Assembly (NCBI RefSeq): GCF_006345805.1
Contig: NC_042999.1
Location: 36,332,001 to 36,396,000, forward strand
Direction of reading: 5' to 3'
DNA: 64,000 nucleotides
DNA from: Octopus sinensis
Taxonomy: Eukaryota
Shown piece after piece: positions 10,996-23,097 of this stretch; the stretch's first letter is position 1, and each line of letters opens with the position of its first letter. Under the pieces are notes generated by a model. The model did no database searches. It was not told where the DNA came from and saw only the letters and a list, made by a program, of their open reading frames with translations. The position numbers and the translations under genes were made by a program.

Positions 10996-13405
10996 GTTGG
11001 TTTTGGTTTCACAATATTTCTCTCTTTTGAGCTGAAACATTCTTCAACATTATACATCTCCAAAGGCAGTGAGCTGGCAGAACTGTTAGCATACCATGCA
11101 AAATGCTTAACAACATTTCATCTGTCTTTACATTCTGAGTTCAAATTCCACCAAGGTTGATTTTGGCTTTCACCTTTTCAGGGTCAATAAAATAAGTACC
11201 TGTTGTACACTGGTGTCAGTGTAATTGACTTATCCCCTTCCCCAAAATTGCTGGCCTTGTGCCAAAATTTGAAACCAGTGTTATACATCTCCACTATGTT
11301 AACAGTATAAACAATTATTGTATTAGCAGCAGCAGCTCATTTTGGACTGCTACACTTTTACTTTTTTATTGGAAGTTCATCATCAGCATCATCAATTTAT
11401 ATTTTCCATGCTGGCAAAGGTTGGACAGTCCTTATTTATTTAGTTACTGCTCTCCTAGATGACTCAAAAGATTATATCTCACTTAAATGCATCAATTTTA
11501 GTGTGGTTTCTATGATGAATGTTCTTCATAAAAACTAACTCCTTTACACACTGCACTGTGTGTCTTTTATCATTGCACCATCACTAGTGAGGTTGCCATA
11601 CTCTCAACGGCATAGAAGAGAACATGATAACCTCTGTGTTTTTAAATTATTTTTACTGGTTAATAATCAAAAGAACTTTGTGAAGCTTACTATATAAAAT
11701 ATTACTCTAAATTAACAACATATTTCTCAAGAAAATCTAGATCTTAAAGTTTACTGAAATTGACAAAACCTTCATAATATTAACTCAAAAGTTTCTAATA
11801 TTTCATATTTTAAAAACTATATTAATATCTCAAGAAAAAAATGTCTATAAAATTTGTAGGATTGATTATTGTGCACTTGGAAATAGTAGGAGGAATACAG
11901 TGCATCTACAAACATTGAAGAAGAATGAGTGAAGTGCATCAGATGGATAGCATTAATTTACTTAAAACTTTGAACAGAAATAAATTGAGGAAGTAGTTAG
12001 GCATTAAAAGGATTAACTGATGTGTATGTCTAATGTAAATGGAATGAGTATATTGTGGCTACAGAGTGCACAGCATTGCATTCTAACCATAATTAGGTGG
12101 TGAATTGATAGTCATTGGAGTGTGGGACAGAATGCCACATAGTATTTGTTTTGTCTCTGCACTCTGAGTTCAGATCTTGTCAAGGTCAGTTTTTTTGTCT
12201 TTTCATCCTTTTAGGGTTGATAATAAAAAGTACAAATCAAAGCTGGTGGATTGGTGGAATTAATAGAGTATTAACCCTTTTGTTACTATATCAATGGAAA
12301 TCGATCAATGGAAATTGCAGATGTGTTACCAGTGCCAGCACTGCCCCGTTTCGTGTCCGTTGCCAGCCTCGCCTGGCCCTCGTGCCGGTGGCACATAAAA
12401 AGCACCATCCGTTCGTGGCCGTTTGCCAGCTCTGTCTGGCACCAGTGCGGGTGGCACGTAAAAAGCACCCACTACACTCACGGAGTGGTTGGCGTTAGGA
12501 AGGGCATCCAGCCGTAGAAACACTGCCAGATTTGACTGGGCCTGATGAAGCCTTCTGGCTTCACAGACCCCAGTAGAACCGTCCAACGCATGCTAGCATG
12601 GAAAACGGACGCTAAATGATGATGATGATGATGATGATTTCTGTGGAAATGCGTTGCTTTTGTTTCAGCTAATTTTGAAAATAATAAAGAATTTAGTAAA
12701 ATAACTTCATTGTTTAATCTGGTGTTGAAACATAAATTATCATCAAAGAACCAGGGATGATCTCCGGTAATTTGGTATCAGAAGGGTTAAATCGTAGTTG
12801 CCCCTGCATACTGGCATGTCCTCTGCATCCCTTCTTCAGCTGAGCAATCCTAACCTTGCTGGCTTACAGGTGCTGCTGCCACATCAACACACCTGTGCCA
12901 GTGCTGTGTAAAAGCACCCGGTACAGTCTGTAAAGTGGTTGGCATTAGGAAGGGCATCCAACTGTATAAACCATGCCAAGACAGATGGGGAGCCTGATCA
13001 GTTTCTGTTAAACTGTCCAACCTATGCCAGCATGGAGAACAGACATTAAATGATGATGAATAGAAATGTAGTTACCTTGAATCAGTTGGAAGATCAACTA
13101 ACACCATCACCACCTGCACCTGTCATATCATTTAATTTTTATGCTCAGTTTTATTAGTGAGTACTTTCTAATATTTCACACCAGTTTGTTCATAAAACCA
13201 TACCCCTGTACTATGATCAATATATTTTCTCTGTGAACAAGATTACAAACATTGTGATTTCTTATTGATTGACAGTTTTGTTATTAAAGAATATTTTCAA
13301 ACCGAAACTGAATTTAAATGATATCATTTCAATAATTTCATATTTTGGTTTTAAATAGTGTGATAAATTACCTGTTTTTTTTTTTTTTCTTTCTTCTAAC
13401 ATCAG

Positions 13406-13508
13406 CATAAATAAGGAATCTATTATCGACATTGAAGCATATGTCCGGACTGTCCCTAGTAAAATTGAATCATGCTCCCAACAAGATGTAGAACTTCATA
13501 CCATCCAG
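13406..13508 (+). CDS. DARS1: DARS1 exon
   Basis: Polypyrimidine tract and atcAG|C...ATCCAG|GTTTGT. (S)[34 protein letters not shown]. Confidence 0.95.
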
Positions 13509-14707
13509 GTTTGTTTTGAAATTTATTCCTCAGATTCTTTGTTATTAGCTTTACTGAGAAATCAATAAAGGCTTCTTCATAATGTGATGCTTTTCTTTTT
13601 ATAAGCAGAAGTCCAATTTCAAAGAGGAAGTGGAGAATATTGAATTACAGAGTTGTATCTTATAGACATCTCTTGACTTGCCCTGCTATGACAATATCAC
13701 TGAAGTTATTTCTTTATCTATGTATTTATCTGCTTTGTCTGTGTGTGTGTATAGTGAAGGTACATGGCTTAGTAGTTAGGGTATATGGCACACGATTGTA
13801 AGATTGGGAATTGAATTCCTGGCATCATGTTGTGTCCTTGAACAAGACACTTTATTTCATGTTACTCCAATCCACTCAGCTGGCAAAAATTAGTTGTACA
13901 TGTAATTCAAAGGAGCCAACCTTCTTACATTCTATGTCTTACTAAAACTCATTGAGAACCACATTAAGAGTACTTGTTTGTGGAGTGATCAGCCACTTAC
14001 TCATTAATTTCATGAGCGGGCTCTTCTGTTGATCAGATCAGCTGGAACCTTTGTTCCAGTTATATATATATATATATGTGTGTGTGTGTATGATAAACTC
14101 AAGCATGTTGCTTGGCAACACCTTCAACGGTTTTAGTCAATTACGTCAACCTTAGTGCATAAACGGTTACTCGTTCTTTACTTATTGAATATCCTGAGTT
14201 ATGTCCCTGTAACGAGAACTACCTCCCTTCTCTGAACTTCTCTCTGTTCTCGTAAAGCAATTAAGTTAAAACTGCAGTGGAAGATATCCAAAGTTACTTT
14301 GCTGTGGAACAAGACCTTGAGCTATATGGTTGTGAAGTTAACTTCTTAACCACAAAGACATTTCTGTACCCATATTGTTTTTTTTTATTTGTATTTATTT
14401 TTTGCTGGTCACACTCATTGAACTGTGGTGATACTGGGGCATCACTTTCATTTTATTTTTAGCCTATCATTTCAACCCCAGCACATATTTCAGTCTTTTG
14501 CTTAAGTGCATGTGTTTGTGTGTTGAACTGTTTCCTTTCATTGTCAAAATGGTAACTCAACCATTTCATCACACACACACACAATCATTTGGTTCGGATC
14601 TTACTGATTGTCGGCATTAGCTTGGAAGCCTCCAGCATGTAATTGGCTAAGAATACTAATGAATAAATTTTCCTATTATCCATTCACAAGATTAATTAAC
14701 ATAATTG

Positions 14708-15033
14708 CACAGTGAAGGCACATGGCTTAGTGGTTAGGGCATTCGGCTCACAATTGTAAGGTCGTGAGTTCGATTCCCGGCGATGCATTGTGTCCTTGAG
14801 CAAGACACTTTATTTCACGTTGCTCCAGTCCCCTCAGCTGGCAAAAGTGAGTTGTACCTGTATTTCAAAGGGCCGGCCTTGTCACGCTGAATCTCCCTGA
14901 GAACTACGTTAGGGGTACGCGTGTCTGTGGATTGCTCAGTCACTTGCACGTTAATTTCACGAGCAGGCTGTTCCGTTGATCGTATCAGCTGGGACCCTCG
15001 TCGTCGCAACCGACGGAGTGCTCCTACTACTAC
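14708..15033 (+). mobile_element. tRNA-derived CORE-like SINE (family B) with TSD
   Basis: A box TGGCTTAGTGG, B box GAGTTCGATTC, CORE-like GTGTCCTTGAGCAAGACACTT, (CTA)n tail, TSD TAACATAATTG (14697-14707 / 15034-15044). Older copies at about 13755-14055 and 58790-59100. Confidence 0.85.
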
Positions 15034-16049
15034 TAACATAATTGTAAATATTTAATGATATCAGGTATTTTGCTACTCCAATCCCTGTAGCAACATTAAA
15101 CTATATGCTATGCAGTGAAGAAATATAAACGAAGAATGACAATTCAGTACATGCTACAAATCTTTCAGTCACATGGCAAGTTACAATCAGTGTATTACAT
15201 AAGCCAAAACCGTCAGTGATTGGTGTTGTCCTCCTAAAAGTATTCGTGAGATTGAATTTTTTTACATTTGATTTCTTTCTTCTGATGGTTCCAAAATGCC
15301 GAAAGAAATATCTGGCAATTTTGATTTCTTTAATATACTAATTCCCCCAAAAATTTACATGCTTTTGAAACATTTGTAGCATGTTTTGAACTGTCATTGT
15401 CCATTTGTCTTCATTTCTTATATGTATAAAGGCATTGTTGTGTTAAGAAGTTCACTTCCTATCCACATGGTTTTGTTTCACTTCCATTACAAGGCACCTG
15501 TAGTCCCAGGCTGACCTGATGCTCAGGTGTGAATTTGGCAAATGGAAACTAAAAGAAGCCCATCATATGTGTGTGTGTGTGTTCTTTTACATTTGGGCTT
15601 TATGAAAGTTTGAAAGTTGCTGCAAGTGGTGGTGGTGGTGGTGGTGGTAGTGGTGGTGGTGGTGGTGCTGTCAGTTCCTCTGTCAACAAATTTCCTGCTC
15701 TCTCTCTGTGGGAAATATGCAGTAAGATATCCCTTGCTTGCAAAAGAGAGAGAGTTTAGCAACAACAAAAGCATCCAACTATAAAACAATACCTCAATAA
15801 TATATTCATCTAACCCATACTTGCCTGAAAAAACGTGAATGTAAAATGAAAGATCAACTATACAGATAACTGACAGCTTTTCCATAGTTTCTTACTTCCA
15901 GAAGTCATTAGTCAACTCAAAACTACCATGGAAAATATTTAACCAAAATGTCTTTCAGTGAGACTGAAATTGGAACCACATAGTTCTAAAATGGACTTCT
16001 AAACATCACGGTTCTTATTGTGCCTAAGTCTATATTATTTATTTATTTA

Positions 16050-16397
16050 TACATTACAGAGATGTACTCGCATAGCAAGTGATTTGATCTGAGAGCGTGT
16101 GCTGAAACGAAAACAATTGCAGCGTGGAAGGTGTTTCTAAGCTATTTAAGAAACACACAAAAGCCATTCGATTCACTTCAACATTTAAGTTTAATTTGTC
16201 AAAATATTTTCGTCGCTAAAATCCGCGACCTGTTCACTGACAAAAATCCGTGCTGCACGGATTTTTGTCAGTGAACAGGTCGCGGATTTTAGCGACGAAA
16301 ATATTTTGACAAATTAAACTTAAATGTTGAAGTGAATCGAATGGCTTTTGTGTGTTTCTTAAATAGCTTAGAAACACCTTCCATGCTGCAATTGTTT
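16050..16397. mobile_element. Inverted-repeat (Penelope-like) element containing a 287-bp palindrome
   Basis: 16111-16397 has 143-bp arms, a 1-nt loop (T16254) and one mismatch seen. A related single-arm copy at about 32405-32575 shares the leader ATTAC.GAGATGTACT.GCATAGCAAGTGA. Confidence 0.85.
16264..16313 (+). ncRNA. Candidate minimal type-I hammerhead ribozyme, G3:C8 core variant (mirror copy on - strand at 16195-16244)
   Basis: TTTGTCA-GTGAACA-G-GTCGC-GGATTTTA-GCGAC-GAAA-ATATTT-TGACAAA: 7-bp stem I, 5-bp stem II, palindromic AAAATATTTT in the stem III region. Confidence 0.6.
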
Positions 16398-16554
16398 ATT
16401 TATACATATATTTCTTATATTTTTCCAATTATGTTTTATTTCATTTTATTTATCTTATCAGTTCCTATATTTTTATTTACAAATTTTTTATGCTCTCCTT
16501 GTTTATAAACTAATTTTGTAATTGGATTGCCTTATTTTGCATAATCTCATACAG

Positions 16555-16626
16555 ATTTGGGTTGTTAGTTCAGCTGCACCACAACTACCAGTGTTGGTTG
16601 AAGATGCTGCTCGTCCCGAAACAGAC
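16555..16626 (+). CDS. DARS1: DARS1 exon
   Basis: tacAG|ATT...GAC|GTAAGT. IWVVSSAAPQLPVLVEDAARPETD (human [22 protein letters not shown]). Confidence 0.93.
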
Positions 16627-18309
16627 GTAAGTAATAACCAGATGATTCTTGTTGTAATACAAAAGTTTATTTAGATGACAGTTTACTTGGAGGAATTGAA
16701 AGGATGCATTTTTAGAGTAGCAAATGCAGAATTTATTTGAAGAAAAGGCAGAACATAATTTTTTTTTGTTTGCTTTTGAAGACAAACTCATGAAATTTAT
16801 AGAACTTACTTGTTAAGAGGAAATAATTTGATAATTTGTAAAAGATGTTTGTCTTATTAGAGGAGTAGAGAGCACAGGGTTTGTATTTCTAGCATAAAAA
16901 ACGCAGGTGTCATTTTTTTAGATAAAAATAAAGAAAAGCTCTTTAGAGATGGCTGAATGTATTTTTAGTGTGGAACAGATGGATTAGTTCCATTCTGCTT
17001 TATATTTTGCATTTTGTCCTCAAGTAAGCATCTGTCATGTATGTCCTGGTTTTAGAACAAGTTCACTATATCCCTGTGTCATAAGAGGTGACTGATAGGA
17101 GTGATGACAAAAAGGGCATCTCACCATAAAATACCATCTCAGAAAAAATGTCCAAGTCATACCATTGAAAAGTAGACATAAAGTGATGATAATTATTTTT
17201 TTTACTCCATCCCACTGCATAGCACATTGGGCAAGTGTCTTCTAGTATGGCCTCAAGCTGACTAATGCCTTATGAGTGAAATCGATTGACAGAAACAACA
17301 TAGAAGCCTCTCATATATGTGTATGTGTACAAATGTTTATTACTACATATCTTCACATTTGACATAAGTGACGGTGATGTTAGGTTTACCTCCCTTATAA
17401 ACAATACATTCTGAACTAGAGTTTCATTGGTTTTGAAATGTTAAAACAAGTAGAATAGAAATAGCTTAGTTGGAAAACAAACAAGTGTTGGTGACAGGAA
17501 AAGCTTCATGCTGTAGAATACTGTCTCAATAAAATTTGTCGAACCCATATCAATATGGAATGAACAGATATAAAAATGGTGGTGATGGCAACAGCAATGG
17601 TTGTGATGACAACAACTACAAGCTTATTAGAAAAGAAATTGGAACCTTTATTTTCTAACTAAGACTGTGTGGACCAGTGGATAAGAATGATATTAGCTTT
17701 AACTTAAAAATAAAGATTCTTAATAGGAATAAACTGTGATACAATGAATACATTCAGGAATAAGACACATGGTGAGCATTGTCAAGACATGGACCCTTTG
17801 GCATTCAGATTACTCTGAATGTTTCTACAGCTGGATGCCCTTCCTAACGCCAACCACTCTGTGAGTGTAGTGGGTGCTTTTTATGTGCCACCGACACAGG
17901 TGCCAGACAAGGCTGGCGAACGGCCACGCTCGGATGGTGTTTTTTTTTGTGCCACCGACACAGGTGCCAGACGAGGCTGGCGAACGGCCACGCTCGGATG
18001 GTGTTTTTTACATGCCACCGGCACGAAGGCCAGGCGAGGCTGGCACGGTCACGACATATGCACACATAATGCTTGTTTATTTACATTATTTAGAATAATT
18101 CATGAATTATCTCACAGCTTCAAGATTTCTATAATGGGATTGCTTATATTTAGAGTGACATTGTAGAGTAGATGTGAGAGGCTGGAACTGGCTGGTTTGA
18201 ATGTGAAACAGATAGAATATTTTGGCCAGATATGGTCAGTTTAAATGCTAAGAGGTTAAACTAATTGAAGCAAGGTGTAGTTGTAAATATTGAAATGTTT
18301 CTTCCTTAA

Positions 18310-18529
18310 CCCTTTTGTTACTGTATATATTTTGAGATGCTCTGTGTTTCTTTCAATTACTTTAACTATAACAAAGGATTTAGTAAAATAACTTGGTTAT
18401 CATTAAGCTAGTGTTAGGAACATAAATTGTGACTACGGTTTGGTGGAAGATTTTAATTCAAAACTTATGAAAACAAGACATTTGTACTCAGAGCCAAAGC
18501 CGGTTTTTGCCGGGTTGGTAATGAAAGGG
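18310..18529. mobile_element. piggyBac-like MITE (family 1)
   Basis: TTAA|CCCTTTTGTTAC...GTAATGAAAGGG|TTAA. Related degenerate copies at about 12650-12790, 19971-20653 (split by a CR1), 36795-37235 and 41940-42178. Confidence 0.8.
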
Positions 18530-18873
18530 TTAAAGGTAAGATTAATTAATTATGAATTACAATTATATTAGCTTTCAACTACATGAGGTTTGTTGATGAC
18601 TTTAAACTTGCCTGTCAATAGGGTAACTTTCTCCTGTCAGCTCACATGATAAAATGTGTCTCACCACCACAGATATGTGGAGTATCAAATATATTTGCAC
18701 TTGGTGAGAGCTAACAACTATTTGCAGTTATCATTAACAAACTAATATATAAATACCAGTCACATTAAATAATGATGTCTTATGCTGCTCTATCTTCAAC
18801 ATCTATGTCAGCCTATATAGCACAGTCTTTGTTTTATATTATTTTATTATGTCCAACTTTTTTTTATTGATAG

Positions 18874-19042
18874 GAATTTGCCAAAGTAAACCAGGATACA
18901 AGACTAGATAACCGGGTAATAGATTTGAGGACATGCACAAGTCAAGCCATCTTTAAATTACAAGCTGGCCTCTGTGCTCTCTTTCGTGACTTCTTAACAA
19001 AGAATGGATTTGTAGAAATACACACTCCAAAGATCATTTCTG
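18874..19042 (+). CDS. DARS1: DARS1 exon (class II aaRS motif 1)
   Basis: gatAG|GAA...TCTG|[62 protein letters not shown]. Confidence 0.96.
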
Positions 19043-20097
19043 GTACAAAATATTTTCTTCTTTTTATTTGCTTATTTATTGTTTTCATCCTTAGGTTTTG
19101 CACATTTCATTCTCTTGCCATTTGTATCTATGGAAATTTTAATGTCAAAAACTGCAGAGCAGTTGTTAAGCTTCTTCTGGAGTAAAACAGAAAAAATATG
19201 ATGTCTTCTCTGTAAATGGATTTATGAATCTCATCATTTGACCTTCTCTCCAAAGAGGTAACTTCCTTGTGGTCACTTGATTTGCTAGAAGCAGTAGCCA
19301 AATCTTCAAATCACATCCTACCATCTGAGAAAAAACGTAAAAATACATTGGATATTGTAGTTCTAGATATATGATATTTGATAAAAAATACTGATGAGAT
19401 GGTCATGGTTGAAATATTTCATCATGTGTCTTTAGGATCAGAGCTGACCTGGTGTTAAATAAACAACAGCTGTTATAAGATACACACTAGAATATATATA
19501 TGTGTGTGTGAAAAGTCTATGTACAAGACCTATAAGAAAGGGTATGTATTTCAGTTGCAACATTGGTATGGGACTTGGTGAGTCAAGGATGGGCTTATCT
19601 GCTGAGCCCTTCCCAGAAAAAAAGACAGCCCTCTTGAATTTTGAGACAATCTACCACCACCACCACTCCCAGGGCTTGAAAATAGTGTTGCTCCACTTTC
19701 TTGGCGAATGTCTCTCAGACGACCTATTTACATGTTGGCGTTGCATTGTATATCATTTCCTGGTGTGTTAATTCTACAACCTGGTTTCAATTCCTGTTTG
19801 AAACCATTTCATTGTTTGTTCATTTGCTTTTTCATTTTATGTCTGTTTTTCCATGCCAGCTTGAGTTAGGTGAATACATTCTATTGAAACATTGTTTCAC
19901 ACCCAGGTGCCTTTCCTCCTGCTAACCTTTAACTATTCTTCAAGTAAAGGATTTCTTTATTCTGCATCTCTTTAACCCTTTTGATACCAACCCACCTGAA
20001 ACTGCTGATGCTTCTATGTTACAAATTCTGTTTTAAAATAATCTAAATTAAAACTTTCCATCAAAATTTCATGTAAATTATATTCTAAACATTCAGC

Positions 20098-20570
20098 TGA
20101 ACGCATTACTTCCCTGGGCATGGATACATTGAAACTCTGACGTCTGGCAGCTGACTTGGCAGCCACCCATAAAATTATTAACCATCTTACAAACAATAAC
20201 TCTGAGCACCTTTTCAAACTCCATCTGTCTAACACCCGTGGACATGTTTACAAAGTCAGAAAACAGCACAGCTCCCATGACTTTCAGAAACATTTTTTCA
20301 CGCTAAGAGTTGCTGAAGCATGGAACAAACTGCCGGCATCAGTTGTTAGTTGTTGGAGCACTGCATCCTTCAAAACTTCCATGCTTTCTGAGATTCGCCA
20401 ACACTACACCTGATTTTCTCCCCTCCATACACACGCAAGCATATATCTGACTCATACACTGTTCACTTTCCAGACATTTGTACATTAAGGCACATGCTTT
20501 ATACGCACTTTAGACAAGTTGTGGTGCACCTGAGCACTGTATACAATAATTTCATTATTATATTATTATT
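20098..20570 (+). mobile_element. CR1-clade LINE 3' fragment with (ATT)n tail, nested in a MITE
   Basis: NTRGHVYKVRKQHSSHDFQKHFFTLRVAEAWNKLPASVVS, the typical CR1 C-terminal TRGH..FF..RV..WN.LP pattern. Confidence 0.85.
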
Positions 20571-21962
20571 TTAATAACGACAAAGTTATTTTACTAAATT
20601 CTTCACTATTTTCCAAATTAATTGAAACAAAGTCAGTGCATGCTGAGAGGATTAAGGTAACAAAATAGTTAAAAGAGCAGAACTCAACAAATCATCGGCT
20701 AGATAACTTGTTCACAAGGGAATGTCAACAAAGTTCACCATTTGTACCATATTTGTAACTTTTTCATGCATAGCTCAGAAACTTAGCATTTGCCAAAACA
20801 CATCATCGTTTAATCATCGTTTAACGTCCGCTTTCCATGCTAGCATGGGTTGGACGGTTCAACTGGGGTCTGGGAAGCCCGAAGGCTGCACCAGGCCAGT
20901 CAGATCTGGCAGTGTTCTACAGCTGGATGCCCTTCCTAACGCCAACCACTCCGTGAGTGTAGTGGGTGCTTTTTATGTGCCACCGACACAGGTGCCAGAC
21001 AAGGCTGGCGAACGGCCACGCTCGGATGGTGTTTTTTTTTTGTGCCACCGACACAGGTGCCAGATGAGGCTGGCGAATGGCCACGCTCGGATGGTGTTTT
21101 TTACATGCCACCGGCATGGAGGCTAGGCGAGGCTGGCACGGCCACGACATATGCACACATAATACACAATGCACACACACACATACTCTGAGTTTTGTAG
21201 TTTTCATCTACCAAATTCACTCACAAGGTATTGATCAGTATGTGGCTACAATAAAAGGTAGTTGCCCATGATGCTGCACAGTAGGATTGAACCCCAATCT
21301 ACAAGGTTTAAAAGTGAGCTTCCAGACCATGTAACCATACTTTATTGATCTTATTAATCCCTGAACTTTTGTTTGTACCACTTCTCAGGCTTTTTCTGTT
21401 TTACACAAGTTCTGTCTGATCATAGACATCCTCCTATGATTATTGGTATTATTTTGCTCTTTCTAACCATTTTTCATGGTCTAATTATGAATTAATTTGT
21501 ATAACCACATTAATATACATGTATTAATTGTCTTGTTTCATTTTGACAATGTAATGGCTCTGCTCTTTACTTTCCTTACCTGCTTACCTGGAGAAAGTTC
21601 ACAGATATCTACATTCTACTAGATTGATATTGATGCTATATTTATCTGCTCTCTGTATTCTCTGTGCCAGTTTATCGCTGTCTTATTCTACTAATGGATG
21701 TATTATATAAGAAATCACCAGAATTGATAAAGCATCCAACTAAAACCTTTGTAATATTTAGATGTCCTCTCTTATGTTCTAATCAAACTTAAGCCTTTCG
21801 TCCCTTTATGGGATCAGTAAAACAAGTACCGGTGGTATAATGGATTCAATCTAAATGACTATACCCACTTCACCTACTGCAAGTTATGTCTTCTGCCTTA
21901 ACAAGGAATCGTTGTTGCAACTGTTATTGTTACATTTTCGTTTATTTCACAATTCTCTATAG

Positions 21963-22097
21963 CTGCATCTGAAGGTGGTGCCAATGTATTTGAAGTGACT
22001 TATTTCAAGACATCGGCTTATCTTGCTCAATCACCACAGCTCTACAAGCAAATGGCTATCTGCTCTGATTTTGACAAAGTATTTACAGTTGGATCAG
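21963..22097 (+). CDS. DARS1: DARS1 exon
   Basis: tatAG|CT...TCAG|GTAAGT. (A)[44 protein letters not shown]. Confidence 0.97.
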
Positions 22098-22768
22098 GTA
22101 AGTTTCATTGCATAACCCTTTAGCATTCAGATTAATCTGTTAAATGTAAAGCCTGTTTAATTACATTGTTTTAAATTAATTGTACAGCATCTTGTAACTC
22201 TGACATTTTGATGATGTCCCTGTTTATTTTTAGAATGACTTTGTAGGGTAGGTGTGAGAGTTCAGAGCTGGCTGGTTTGAGCATAAAACAGTAAGGCTAT
22301 TTTGGCCTGATATGGCCGGTTTGAACACTAAAGGGATAAATAACAAACATTTTGTTTTCTTTTATCATTCTGCAAATGAAAACCAAAATGTCTATTATCT
22401 TGTGAATTCCTTGTGTGTGTGTGTGTGTTTTTTTTTTATTTATTACACTTATTGAAATGTGAAGACAATAGCAAATACAAATTTACTGTATTAGTCTCTT
22501 CTTTGTCTAAAAACAACAAATCTCAGAATAATTTGATGGGAGAATTTGGGAGCTGATGTTAAATAACTTTACTTTGTTAATTTATGAATCCATAACTCTT
22601 GTCACACAAGTAAGGAAGAGTAATGGATGTTTCTGTAAAGATTCCACTTCATTACAAACTGTAAATAATCTGACATGGCATAAGTAAATTGATATACTTC
22701 TGTTTTTGTCATATTCTTAGTTTACAAATGTCTCTTAGCTTTCTCTTCCTGCTACTCTGAATGAAAAA

Positions 22769-23097
22769 TGTTGGGACGGACTTCTGATCTTATTTAATAA
22801 GCAAACATTTGCTACATAAACAATTGTCAAGTATAGATGTCTTGCAAACAACTTGCACATGCAAGTGTATGGAGTCATCAGGAGAAAAAGCGTGCCGTTT
22901 CGGGGCCTACCTCTCGAATGCATCAATGCGCACCAGCCCCCCTCACTGATATGAGGCCCTGCTTCCTTGATCAACTGGTTATCAAATAAAGCTCAATATT
23001 CTTCGCGCTATCGCTCATCGTCTCTTTTTAGCCAAATCCAGTGGCTAGCCTTTTCCACTGTAGTTTGGATATCGGTCATTGTGAGTTAGGCCTAACA
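22769..23097 (+). mobile_element. Probable solo LTR
   Basis: TGTTGGG...CCTAACA inverted termini, internal AATAAA, CpG-rich relative to the flanks; the TSD is not clean. Confidence 0.55.

Noticed and set aside
14714-14785. tRNA-like sequences in SINE heads (also 24590-24665, 48105-48175, 51285-51350)
   Set aside because: A and B boxes are present but there is no complete acceptor stem, and they continue into SINE bodies with TSDs, so they are not tRNA genes.
15571-15759. Gly-rich ORF (SGGGGGGGSGGGGG)
   Set aside because: It is a (GGT)n microsatellite in an intron with no splice or homology support.
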